Below are positions 38,036 to 51,900 of a DNA stretch of 64,000 nucleotides, piece after piece. Position 1 is the first letter of the stretch. Every line of letters begins with the position of its first letter. The notes below the pieces were generated by a model. That model was given only the letters and a program-made list of their open reading frames with translations, did not search any database and had not been told where the DNA came from. Made by a program: the position numbers and the translations under genes. This DNA is from Callorhinchus milii (lineage: Eukaryota), in the NCBI RefSeq assembly GCF_018977255.1, contig NW_024704742.1:79982001-80046000 (forward strand), in the 5' to 3' direction.

Positions 38036-39709
38036 TCTATGACTGTTTTGAACTAAACTGTGAGGACTTTTCCTCATTATGACTATATTTGATTCTACAA
38101 ATTTGTATATACTCATCTGGGTTTCTAATTGAATATCGTAAGCAAATCACCAATTATCTGTTGGTTAAGAAAAGTTAAAGTGTGTTTCCCATTGCAAAAA
38201 ATAATTAATTATTAAAGCTTTTCAAAAAAAATTCATTTTCAATTTTAAATTTTTTGTCAATTTGGTTGATGGAGGTAATTCTATAAATATGTTATATACT
38301 GAGGTATGAATTAACACAAACATTTTGTGGAAATCAATTATTCATACCTAAGGAAATGCACTAAAACAGTCATTATGTTGTGCCTGTTGGCTGGAATATT
38401 AAAGGTTCTTTTGCTCACCATTTCTATTCTGTCTAAGTTAAAATATTGTTTTTGTTGTTCTGCCTTGCAGGTTAGGATAATAAACCGTTTCATGTGGTAT
38501 GAATTCTATCCATGCAGAAATGTTCATGGTGAATCATTTCAAGTCTAAAGTATGTTAGATCAGCTCACTTATATCTGGTTTAATAAGCAACTTATGTGAA
38601 TGTGCAGCATACTGTATGGATGGCGTTGAATGAAGTAAATGGCATATACCTACTCCCAGTGAATGAGGTGAATGGCATAATCCCATTCAGTGAAAAACTC
38701 ACCAAATGGTAAGACCCATGTTCGAGACGATTGAGGTTGAGCAATGACACATTCCAGTATTGAGTTTAATACTTTACTTTTCCTTCACAAGTAACTTACA
38801 CTAGCATAAGTGTAAGCAACTATAAGTACAAAGAAAGAAAGGATATTACCCAGCCCCTCTGGGAAGGAAGTCGGCATGGATATTTTTATATATAAATATA
38901 TACTTATTTAGAAAATATTATATATTTGGTACAAAACCCCCCCAAAGCACAACATCTTCCATTTCATTCCATTATCTGTAACCAAATACAAACATTATAT
39001 TCCTTACTCGTGGATTAGCTATGGTCTTGACGTTCTGTTGTTTCTTGCTTCAATGTTCCTTTCTCACCCTTCTCCTTGAATACAAATTACGTATTCTGTT
39101 TTGCAAAATATGACAGATTCCTTTCTTTCAGTACTCTTACCCCAGTAATCTTTGTCCTTGTAAATTCATCACACCATTTGTGGTTTCTGAGTTGCGCCAC
39201 GTGATCTAGTGAGTAATATCCTTCCACCTTTGTCTTGGTAACTCATCACCGTTGATCTGGCCAGTTTTGACCGCATTGGTTAGTCAAATCTTTGTTTATC
39301 ATGATCCTGTGACAATTTACCCCTCACACACAACCTTAATACCGAGATTTTTTTTTAACTCTTCTATCCCTGAATTATACACTCGCCAGCAATCATAAGC
39401 TAACAAGTTTTAGATCTTGATCCTTAAGACTTGGTTCTTGCCAAGCACTCAAGCTTGTTGGATGTCGAACGATCAACTAGTGACTATCCTTCTTGGCAAG
39501 GTGGGAGGTAAGTGAGGTCTCAATGGATCTGAATTATCTCCACGGTGACATGCCTGGCAACTGAATATTGCAATCGAGCCAGCCCTCTGTGGCAGTCTCA
39601 ATAATCTGATTCCTGTGCCAGGCAGGTCTACAGTATTCCAGGGCATCAGGACCTAGAAGGGCAGACCAGTCACTGTCAGGGAATCATCCCACTCAGATCC
39701 TGTTAACTT

Positions 39710-40860
39710 TACAACAACAATAACAAATTACATTTGTATAACGCCTTTCACATTGGGAGGAGGTCCCAAGGTGATGGACTGTCAGGAATTTGACCCGAGC
39801 AGGAGGTTGAGATCAGAAGGGTGGAGGGCAGGGGAGGAAGGAGGATGACCGAAGGCATGGTCGAATGGAAAGGGCTCGAGATGGGTCTTGAAGTAGTCAA
39901 TGGAGGGTGCGAAATGGAGGGACTGTGGGATCGAGATCGAGATCCAGAGTGTGGGGGCAGAGTGCCAGAAGGCCCACTCAGCAATTGTTGGCCAGGCAAG
40001 GCAGGGGACGTGAAGCAGGCCGGAGCCCGCTGAGTGGAGGGAATGTGCATGTTTGACGGGGGTTAGGAGATCACAGTGGTAATGGGGAGCAAGGCCACGA
40101 AGGGCTTTGAAGGTGAGGACAAGGATCTTGCACTGTATTCTCTGTGTGATAGGAAGCCAGTGGAGTCAGGCCAGGATGGGGATGATAGGGTCACAGAGCC
40201 TGATGTGGGAGAGGTCATAGACTGCAGAGTTCTGGATGATCTGCAGTCTATGGAGGGAAGAGTTCGGGAGGCCGACAAGCAGGGAGTTTGCATAGTCAAG
40301 CCTGGAATTTATATATGCGTGTATGACGGTCTCGGCGGCCTGAGGTGTGAGACAGTGGTGGAGCCGGGTGATGTTGCGATGGTGGGGGAAAACAGAGCAG
40401 GACATGGCACAGATTTGGGGTAGAAAGGATAGTTCAGGGTCAAACAAGATGCCAAGGTGGTATGTGCATTCTTGGATTGTGATGCTGCCAGTGCCTGAGG
40501 TGAGGAGGCGCTGACGGAAGCCAATCAGGAGAGCCTCGGACTTGTTGACATTCGACTGAAGAAGGTTAGCTCTCATCCAGGACTTGATGTCTGATAGACA
40601 TTCTGTCAAAGCAGAAGTGGTCCTCGAGTCAAGAGTGGAGGCAGAGAGGTAGAGTTGGGTGTCATCCGTATACATGTGGAAATTGACCCCATGTCTGTGG
40701 ATGATGTCACCAAGAGAGAGTATATAGATATTGAAGAGGAAGGGACCAAGGACAGAGCCCTGAGGAATGCCACCCAAGACGGTGCAGGGGCTAGAGGAGA
40801 AGCTGTTTGTGTAGAAGTGGAAACAGTGTGAGCGGTAGGATGTGAACCATTCAAGGACAA
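39710..40860 (-). mobile_element. L2-clade LINE, 5'-truncated
   Basis: ORF 40166-40870 GIPQGSVLGPFLFNIY...MYTDDTQLY; (TTG)n tail at about 39710. Confidence 0.9.
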
Positions 40861-43800
40861 GCAGCGGCAAAGCTTGCCAGTTTGCTTATGAATGGCAAGC
40901 TATGCAGTATTAGCTGGTTCATCTCCAGTGGTACCCCGGCACACACTATGGGGTCCCAAGACTTGACTTTTGCCAACCTGCGCCGATTACTTTCCAGAAT
41001 TAAGTAAGCAGAAAGCGTCCTTCCAGGGAGAGAATATGCATTCCAACAATCTATCTCTGGAATTTCCATGTGTAGGTGGGATGCATGGAATTCTCACTTT
41101 GATTTGTATACACTTAAACATGATGATGGGTTTCTGGATGTGTCAGACACCCAGCCTACAAGAAAACAATTCTTGACAAACAGCACCTAATACTTTCCAG
41201 GATAAGGTAAGCAAGGTGCTTTCCTTTGGAAGAGAGTGTGTATTCAATTTCAGGCACAGGGACATTCATGTGTGTAGATGGCTTACATATCTGGAACTTT
41301 GCTTTGTTTTGGTGATGTGTTTTCACATTTGCACACAGCTGACCAAAAAAGCTTCATATTTCTTTCTTGCACTTTTGTCAGAATGACTTGTTTTGTAGCA
41401 AGTTATCTAATACTCATTACATTTTGTGAATACATATTCAAAGCACCAAAGTTATTTGTCAAATAATTGAGTTTGTAACTGAATAAATACTTGAACAGGC
41501 ATTTTATAGATATTGATAGAATTTCATTACACTGCAGAAACACAATGCACAATGTTACTTAACAGCCTTGTAGTGTAGAGCTTCAGTTCAGACCATTCAC
41601 ACCACAAGATGTCACTCTAAGAACGATATTAGTTCAGAAACCAGCTTCCCAAGAGAAAACACTAATGTGGTATAAAAACAGAAAATGCTGGAACTGTAAA
41701 TCTAAATGGTGGGTTAGTGTTAATGGGCACAATCCTTCATTGGAACTGTGTGAGTGAGCCCAATTGAAACACTGAACATCCTCTGTCATTCTGAAACAGT
41801 ATTTGTATACCAACATATTACAAAAGTTTAGAGTGTGGCATAAATCATTTCTATTACAAATATGTTTTTTTAAAAACATATTAAGTGTATTCAAAGATTC
41901 CATGAAAAATATTTTTTTCCTTTTATTTCTTCGACTGTGTACAGTCAAGCATTACCATTGTTAAAATTGTTTATGAGGAAAATTGATGCATAATGAGGTA
42001 GGAGAAGATACAAAAGTGGGGATTAGGGATCGTAGGGTCTCATGTGAAGTATAAACACTGGCATGGAGTAAATGGGCTGAATAGCCTGTTTCTGTAGTGT
42101 AGCTTTCTATGTGTATACTACTACTACTACTAATCCTTGGATTTGATTTTGCACCTTATATCGTTAAGACTATTTGAAATGCTTCACAAGATTTTACTGT
42201 GAAATGTAATGACTGTGGTAGGTGAACATAGCAATTTAATTTGCAAATGACAATGTCCCACAAACAGGCATGAAGTGAATCACCGATTTTATCTGGGGGT
42301 GTTGGCAAAGATACCAGGAGAAACTCCCTTCTCTCTTTAAATGGTGGAATACAGTGTAATGACCAACAACTGAAACATGTACTAATTGTAATTGGTACCA
42401 GTGTTTAACTGTGTTTAGACGTCCAGACATTTGAGTGAATGACATCATTTTCATGGCAGATAATGATCTGTTCGGTGTAACATCTTCTGGATCATGAATG
42501 GAGTGATGAGGTGAAATGCAATCTTAATTCAGCTCATCTGCAGTCTCATATTGCTGTTTTGTAATAGGGGTAAGAGGACTTTGTGGACACTCTGTAGGTG
42601 AATGATTCACCTTGTATTTTTATTTTTCAGATTCAGAATTTGCTTTTTTACCTCTGCCATTTTAAATTACCAGATGCTGGTTATTTGAAAAGTGAAATAA
42701 TTTGCCTAATTCACTAATTTCTTATGGGGAGGGGATAGGGAAATATGTGATACTTCATATTTGATGGTATATTATATGATGTGTTTCCCCTCCCCAATAC
42801 AGTCAGAGATCATTTTAACTTTGAAATTCAAATAATTAGTTGACAATAATTAGAGTGCAGAATAAAATCATGCAGGTGCAGTAAGATATTTAAGGTAGTC
42901 ACAATCCATTGGAATACATTTAACACAATCATCATCAGAATGTACAAAGAATACAACTTTCCATCTTGCAGTAGGTTTGTTTGTTAACAATATGTTGATT
43001 CAGGTTAGTTACCTGTGATAATTGGTATGTAAGGGTGCTATATAAATGCAAGTTGTTTTTAAAAAACTGGGCTCGGCATTGAATTCCTAACCCAAAATGA
43101 ATGGGGTCAATTTGGTTTCACTTATTATTGTAGATTTATTTTGCATTTACAAGATCAGTAAAAATAGTGAGGATGAAGGCCCTTTTAATCTCATCCTTCC
43201 AGAAGCTAAATCCAGTGTCCTAACCTGACACATCTTTCCTGGCTACCTGTTCCACTCATTAATAAAATAATTAACCTCTGAGCAAAGAAATACTTCCTGG
43301 AATCTCTCCTGAAATTGTTCTGTCAATTCTAAAGCTACGTGTAAATTTGGTCTGATACAATACAAATTGACATTTATACAGTGCCTTTCACATTGCGAGG
43401 ACGTCTCAAGGTGTTGACAGTTTGTCTCACCTGCTTGGTGCGTGCTGAAAGCAGAGTGATAATACCATTTACAAATGGTTATACTACAAATCAAAACTTT
43501 TATAAGTTTATGAATACAGTACCAATTAGCTGAAAAAATTAATATCTGATTCCTTGCAGTTTACTGGGAACTATCTAGTTCCTAAGAATAAAGGAAATAA
43601 ACTTCTTCCTCCCACTATCGTTTTTCTCTTCATCAGTGACCTCTTTATCTTCTATCCCTCTTTGTCTCTGAATTACATTCAATGCTCCTCAGTGAATATG
43701 CTCATTCTCTCACTCTTAAGCACCCTTTGATGGAGCAACACAAATTGTATTTGAATTTTGTACAGCTTTATTTTGGATCTCGTACCAAACCCTGGAACTT

Positions 43801-46800
43801 GAACCTGAACTGGGGAACGAGGGGACCTGATCATAGGTGCAGTCAAAGAAGAAGATCTTCTGTACTGAAGAAGGACCAAGAAAGGTCAAGGTGGAGGGAA
43901 TCAGCCAGAGAGTTTCAGAGTTTTGTAACAAAGTGGCTGAAGCATGCCCGCCACTGATGGAGTGGAGGAGACAAGCAAATAGATGAAGTGCTGTTCCTCG
44001 AGCTTGCACTGTGGTTCATTGGAACAGAGTAGGAGACCGTGGATGGAGAGGTCAGAGTGCGAGTGGGAGGGAGAGTTGAAATGGCAAGAAACCAGAAGCT
44101 CAGGATTCACTTGATGACTTCATTCAGTGATTCTTGTGTGTTTCTTCTCTTGATCTCTGGTGAGTTGATAACAAGTTACATTGTGTCTTAGAATAGAGAC
44201 ATTTTGCTGACTTAGTGAAAGTATCGGACATTTATACATCCATGGGCAATAATGTAGCTTCATAACCTCTCTGACCTTCTCTCTCCTCAAAACAGTACCT
44301 GTTGCCTTCGTTCCTCCGGGTCCGGCCTCTTCCTCTGGGTTCAAATCACATGTTAGGACTAAAGTGCAATTCAGTAGTGGGAGAGTACTGTTCTTTAGAT
44401 GAAATGTTAAACCATGGTCTGAATTAAAAGCTTGACAGTGTGATGAGAAGATGGTAGGCTGGATATTCTGGAAGAATGAGATGAAATGGGTTGAACTTAT
44501 TTTTTCTAAACCTATGATCTTGTGCATTGTTCAGCAAATATTGGGACTACTGTGGTGTGATTTGGCCAGCGACATCATGCATATTATATGAGGATGCCAA
44601 AGAAAAGATTGGGATGCCTTCCTTCCTGTCCTGCTCACAAGAAATAGTTCGCTTCTGTGTTCAGTGATTTGGTACAGTGACAAACTAACGGAAGTCAAGA
44701 CATGTTTGGTCACTAAAAGTTAATTATAGCACCTCCAAGAATGATATGGCTGCAGACACCAAACTGGGCACAGACAAGAGACCGAGCCTTGAGCTTTTCT
44801 GGTCTGTATGGCCCAGTGCATTTACCTAGTGGAATTGAGGATGTGGAATAAATGAATGGAATGAAATGAATATACAACTGATTGTAATGCAAATTTAATT
44901 TACTTCACTGATTCAATTACCTCCACCCCTCCTGATCCCAACTCTCAGCTCTGGTCCAAATCCCTAACTATCCAGCACCTTGGGACATTATTAACACTGG
45001 ACCTTAAACTTTCACTGAGCATAACAATGTGCATTGTCAGCAGAAGAGAAATTAAAAGGTTAAAACTCACAACTAAAGTTGACATTTTTGCATATATTTA
45101 GCCTTGGGAAAAACAGAGTTGAGTGCTGTATTTCAATAACTGGTGCTTACTATCTTGGTGGTGCTAAAATAATCAGCTTCATAATCCACAGTCACTTACT
45201 TTGTCTTGTAATGCTTCTCCCCCCATTAAAAATCCTGTATTTTTATCGAGTCTTTCTTTGTGTTTGTTTGTTCTTTGTGTTAAAATGTTGCATTAATAGA
45301 GTGAATTTCAAATTGGTAGATTTCTATTGCATTAAGCGGAACCCTTTACTAAGTTCTTTGAAGAAATCGAGTATATGCACCACTCGTGCCCCAAATAAAT
45401 TCTGTTTATGTAGTTTAGACAACATGCATCCTTTCTATGTCAGTATTATTACATTGTTACAAATTTATGGTAGTTAACAATGCATTTCTTTGGAGAGTTG
45501 CATGGTTAATATGTATGGTTCATTTCCTACTCTTAATTGGCAAAGAACATGTAAATAATTTAATATACATTACAATTTTAAAAGAACACACAAGTGATCT
45601 AACACACTTTAATGTTTAAAAGGACATTGGTTTCTTGTATCCAATCAAGACTTTTAAACTTTGACTGCAAGTAAACAAAAATCGAAGAAACAAACTTCAA
45701 AAGACCCTGGAGATTACAATACCTTTTCTTCAGAATTTAAGTGCAAGAGGAACAGTGGATAGGTGTAATGGGCTCCCAATGAAAGCATTGCTGCATTGAT
45801 TTATTTCCCAAAACTAGTTAGATAAATATGTGGCTTGGGAATGGATTGAAGGTTAATGGGACAAGCTTGGGGAGAGGTTATCAAATGCTACTTGGATCAT
45901 GATGGTTTTTGTACACTGGACCATGAAAATGCCAACCTCAGAAAGCAACTGGTTCAGCTTCAAGATTGTTTTGTCAGTGTATAAAGAAAGAGATCTGTTT
46001 TGCTTGATTGCTTTTGGGGTCAGGCACCAATTGTGCAATGCAAGTATGGAGACATACCTGTTAGCAGGTCCGACAACATGATTTTGTAAGGAATGTACTG
46101 CCTGAAAGGAAACAGTATCAAATTTGTTTATTTCTGATATCTAAAACTTAAAATGTTTTGGTTTATCTCTGTGCTTCTCTGCTGCAAACAATTTTTTCAA
46201 AATGGAGTGCTTATTTACCTGCTTCTAATAATAATAATAATCCTTGCATTTGATATAGCACTTTTTCATGTCTTAGAGTGTCTCCAAGCACTTCACAAAA
46301 TATACTGTAAGGTGAATTGACTGTATATTTGTGGGTGAAGCGTGGCAGCCAATTACGTACAGCAGTGTTCCACAAACTGTCGTGGATTGAGTGACCAAAT
46401 TATTATTGAAATTATTGTTTACAGTATTGTGTGCAGATTGTAAATGTTATTGATGAGGCAAATTGCGCTGTGCATCCGCCCTTACCGAATATTGGTTGAC
46501 TTTTCCCTCCCCACGCCCTTTGGCTCCTAGAGATCTGTATTCATCCAGCACTGTGTAACACTTTGAGATGTCCTCTTGCAATTATGTTAAGTTTCTATGT
46601 AATACTTTCACCTTATTGCCTTGGGGGGAAATGGTTGTGCTATTCCTACTGGAGCGCAAAATCAATTGTGTCCGAAAGCTTGATAAATTGATTGATAAAT
46701 TGTGGGCTGATGCAGAAGTTTGTACAAAATAGATAACAATTCAATTGTGTGTATTTATTTAGTGGCATGAAACTAATAATTTCACAAAACCTCGTAACTT

Positions 46801-47854
46801 GGGGCATAAAGCATCTCTTCTAATTCCCAAGATTGGTAAAACTAGATTGTCTGGATATCTTCCAGGTAATTGTAAGAGATGAGAAGATTTGCCTTTTAGA
46901 GTAAAACCTCTATTTCATCATATTACCTTTTGTGGAATTATCTGATCACTTTCCTTTTTAACTCAATTCAAATCAACTAACTAGGCCAAATTTGTGTTAG
47001 CATTTGCATCAATCTATTAAAATAAAGTAGTTTAGTTTATAATTGTAAGCCATTCCAGAGAATGTGTCTCCCATTGAGAGAGTGAAATACCAGCCACCAC
47101 ATAATTTCCTCACCTATAGGCATCCAGTTGTCACCTACTGTGGAGTTTCCATTCTCATTTTCACAAGCAATTAAAACTGTGATACTCCACAGGGTTTTAA
47201 ATTCCGATATGAAATAGTGCCATTCAAAGCACAAAGGTGATCTTGACTTAGTGTGTCCTGTTTAGAAAATATTTAAATGATTCTCTTATAGATCACTACT
47301 TCAGAAGCTATTCTTTTTATTTATTTGACGTTAAAATCTTATGGGTCTGCTGGCCCCTTCCATTTCCTCACAGTCCTTGACCTCCAGGATGTCATTTATA
47401 AAGACTGCATAAAACCCCATTAAGTAATTCTGCAGATTAGGCCCCAATGAATTAGACACCTTATTTTTAAAAATATTTGTTTTAACTAAATTTTTTTGCT
47501 TTTATTTATGTCTGACCTATTTTAATTCACCTCTAACCTGCTGGGTCTAACTTCCTCCAAGAATAAAGACATCACAACGACGTCGTAAGGTACTATACCA
47601 AATGCACGGATTACTATTATGACTAACTGCGCAATCTGAAACTTTTGAGCACAAAATCAAACTGCAGGTGATAGGGAGAACACTGCTATTTATTCATCTT
47701 GTGCACACGATAAAATGGTGCCATTGGTTAAACAACATGAGTGATATTCTGGTTGAAATTAATATTATGAAAGACATAAAGAATAATGAAAACACGAGTA
47801 CAACTCTCATTTGCACAATACAAACAATGACCTTAACTGAAGTGGATTAGGCCT

Positions 47855-48995
47855 TACCGCACCAGTGTGATGCTTTCTTTTCTATACCTTAGTATGGTTT
47901 CTCCTCCAGCCCCCGCACTGTCACATCTGGCATCCTCCAGGGCTCTGTCCTTGGCCCTCTCCTCTTTAATATCTACATGCTCCCCCTTGGTGACATCATC
48001 CGCAGACATGGGGTCAACTTCCACATGTATGCAGATGACACCCAACTCTATCTTTCTGCCTCCACCCTCAACTCCAGGACCACTGCTGTCCTGACAGACT
48101 GTCTGTCGGACATCAAGTCCTGGATGAGGGCAAATTTCCCATAGTTGAATGTGAACAAGACTGAGGCTGTCATGATTGGCTCTCGCCAGCACCTCAGCAC
48201 CTCAGGCTCTGGCAGCATCACCTTCCATGGTTGCACACTACAACTCACCAAGCCAGTCAGGAACCTAGGGGTCTTATTCGAACCTCAACTGTCTTTGCTC
48301 CCCCACATTGAAGCCATGACCCGCTCTGCCTTCCCTCACCTCTGTAACATCGCCCGACTCCGCCACTACCTCACCCCTCAGGCCACTGAAACTCTTGTTC
48401 ATGCCTTCATCATCTCCAGGCTCGGCTATGCAAATGTCCTGCTTGTCGGCCTTCCCAACTCCTCCCTCCACAGGCTGCAGATAATCCAGAACTCTGCAGC
48501 CCGTGTCCTCTCCCGCACCAAACTCCGTGAACCCATCTCCCCCACTCACGCCCGACTCCATTGGCTCCCTATCCTTCAGAGGGTCCAGTTCAAGATCTTG
48601 GTCCTCACATACAAAGCCCTCCACGGCCTCATCCCACCCTACCTCTGCGACCTCCTAACCCCCTACCAACCCACCTGTTCCCTCCGTTCAGCCGGCTCTG
48701 GTTTGCTCCACGTCCCCCGCCCCACCATTGGGAGAGCCTTCAGCCACTCTGCCTCCAACCTCTGGAATTACATCCTCCAGTCACTCCGCCTCGTCCCCTC
48801 CTTAGCCTCCTTCAAGTCCCGCCTCAAGACCCTCCTCTTCGACCATGCCATCGGCCAATCCCCTTCCCCTCCCCTCGCTTACCCCACCAACCCCAGCTTG
48901 GGTCTGAAATGCTGTACTCTGTCCAGCGCCTTGGGACGTCCTCCCGACGTGAAAGGTGCTATGCAAATCTAATCTTGTTGTTGTTGTTGTTGTAG
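47855..48995 (+). mobile_element. L2-clade LINE, 5'-truncated (RT C-terminal half, 3' end, (TTG)n tail)
   Basis: [38 protein letters not shown], then ORF 48145-48972 with RLQIIQNSAARV and LHWLPI motifs. Confidence 0.9.
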
Positions 48996-51900
48996 TACAC
49001 CTTGCAGCTTTTCTGAGTCAGATTGTTTATTTATTGTGCATTCAGGGATGTGGGTTGACAATGAATAAGAATTAGATTGAGACTGTCCAAACTCATTTCA
49101 ACCTTACAGCAAATTTTTCAACTAGCAGAAAGGAGAACATTGTTGTAATTGCGGACAACAACATCTTGCATTTTATCCAGGCCCCTTCACGTAGGATAGC
49201 ATAGTGGAGTGCTGTACAATGGTGGGGTTGAATGCTGTAGAAGTGGAGGTGACCATTAGCACTGTTGAGGAGGTAAGTATTAAGATGGGATTTAAAGCTA
49301 GTTAAAGAGGGGGCCGTTTTACTCTCAAAACCCAAAATATACATCTACTACCTTGACTTCATTATCTTCTCTAATTAATACTTCTAGAAAATAATATTTC
49401 AGTTATTTAACTTCACAAGATCACAAGATTAATTCAGATTAAGAAGACATTTTAGTCCATTTAATATCACTTGTCCAGAATCTCCACATTACCATCCTTC
49501 CATCACATTATTAAACTGTTACACTAAACTCCTGATAACTCAACCCTATCTTAACTTGTTACTTTCACTTAAGTCATCATGCTGTCAATATCCCAGCCAC
49601 ATTTATTTATGTATTTATACATATGCCTAACTCATCACCGGATAACTCGTCTCTGAACACTTTTCCCTTGGAGTGATGAGTTACCAGTTTACTGTATTTA
49701 TGTAGGTCTAGTGTTTTACTCTCTGGGTAAACAAAAACTTCCTGGGGTCCATCCTGAAATTGCCATTCACAACTCTACCCTTAAGTCCTCTTGTTCTGCT
49801 GCCTTGGTCTTCTGAAAGTATTGTTCTGGGGTTACTTTTTCAATCCCAACTGCCTTCTTTAATACTACTGCTTTCACCCGATAGAATTCTAACTTCCTCT
49901 CCAACGGATCCTTTCACTGGAAGAACATTTTATTATTCTGTTCAGCAACTGTAATTGTTCATTATCTCTAGAGTCCTTTTTGTGTTTCTAATATTCCTTT
50001 TAATTTGTAAAAAAAACTATAATTTTCTGAGAGTTGCCTCTCTTGACCTCTTTTGCTCATAAGCTTTATATAATTGTGTTTTAATTGTGATTTATTCCCA
50101 TTTTAATTATTCCCTTCATTTTTGAGCAGTGTTTATTTAATGTACATTTATTTTTCTTGCCTTATACTACCTTGTGACAAGAGCAAGCAAACTAGTTCAT
50201 CATAGTCAATAGCTCCGAATTATCTGAAATAAAAAAAATCCAAATAATCTCATGGTCAACCGGAGTTGAGTTGAACATACTGATGTGTGTGTGTTTTTTT
50301 TTAGAATATGTGAGTGGAGAATTAAAGCAAGGTTAACTAAATGTGTTGCCTTGAAGTATGTGTAGTCATTGATTCATCTGTGAGACCAAAGGCCTAGGTG
50401 ATGTTGCAATATTTCCTGGACTGACTGAGGGTAAAAACAATTCCAACCTAAATAACCACTGGCTGAATTTCACAAAATATATGTGTGTGTGTCCATTTAG
50501 GAACTGCTGAGAAAGCATAGTAGCTTTCATGCAGGGTAGCGTCTCAGAGTGTTTAACAAGGTCGGAGCTTGACTCTGAGCCGGGGGGAGGGGGCAGGTGG
50601 CCGTAAACATGGTCAAAGAGGAAAGTTTTCAGGTTGGACTTGAAGAGGGGGGAGTGGGGGCAAGGTGGAGGGATTGAGGGAGAGTGTTCCAGAGTTTTGG
50701 GGCGTAGTGGCTGAAAGCACAACCTCCAATGATGGGGCGGAGGGTGCGAGGGATGAGCAGGAGGCTGGTACCAGGTGAGTGGAGGCTCCGGGTGGTGGAT
50801 TAGGGAGTGAGGAGATTGAAGAGGTAGGCAGGTGGCAGGGAGTGAAGGGATTTGAATACGAGTGTGAGGATGTTGAAGTCGATCCGTTTGGTGATGGGGA
50901 GTCAGTGGAGCCTGGCCAGAACTGGTGAGATGTGAGGTACGGAGTTTGGTCCATTCAATATGCGGGCAGCAGAGTTTTGAATGAGCTGGATCTTGTGAAT
51001 GGTAGCATTGGGGGACAAGCAATAGTGTGCCAATTTTGTAACGATCATAGTAATCCTTACATTTGATATAGTACTTTTCACAATGAGAAGATGTCTCAAA
51101 GCACTTAAAGTATAAACTGTAGTCGCTGTGAATTTTGTAAGTGATGAATGGTAGTTAATTTGCAGCCAGCAATGACTCACAAACAGCCATGAAGTGAATG
51201 ATCAATTTTATTTGGCTGGTTGTTGGTTAGAACAATGGTAGAAACTCTATTTTCTTTTCATAGTGCTATGGGATCTTTAACATCCACTTAAATCGAAGTC
51301 CTGTCTGCCTGTTCAATGTCTCATCCAAACTACAGCATATCCAATGCAACTCCCCCCCCCACCCCCACCATTCCACTGCAGTGTCAATCTGAACAATATG
51401 TAATATTGTTCAGATTGACAATAATAATTAACAATAATTCCCCAAATTAGGGAAGAGTGGTACCAACTGGACTAAGCTGACACAAAAATACCAATGCAAT
51501 CATCAGGTAAATCATGTATAGTTGAAAACATAAGCTTGGAATTTAATTCCATTCACAGATAAGCCACTTCGGCCCCTTAGCTTAATTTCCCAAAGTCAAA
51601 TTGATTGCAAAGCTCTTCTTAGGGCTTTCCCTTGTAATATATCATGGTACCAACTGCCTTTTGATTGAATATTCTTTTGTGAAGTAAAAGGATGAAAAGA
51701 TTTCACCTTTCACATTGTACCGCAGTATTTTCAAGCCTGGGCATGCCTACTGATGGGGTAATAGGGCTCATATCTGAGCTTCTCTTCTTCTCCCAGAGTG
51801 TTTTTGTTAGCTGCTCTCTGTTTGCTAGAGTCCAAGCAACTCTTATAGAATTATAAAAATGAAAGCCATTGAAGTTTGACCTTTTGACCCTATGCTGATG

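Noticed and set aside
48145..48972. 275-aa ORF and 234-aa ORF 40166-40870 as host genes or active RTs
   Set aside because: 5'-truncated L2 ORF2 remnants with stops or frameshifts and no endonuclease domain
49628..49683. 11-bp inverted repeat TAACTCATCAC...GTGATGAGTTA
   Set aside because: Too short, with no further support as a MITE or RNA hairpin
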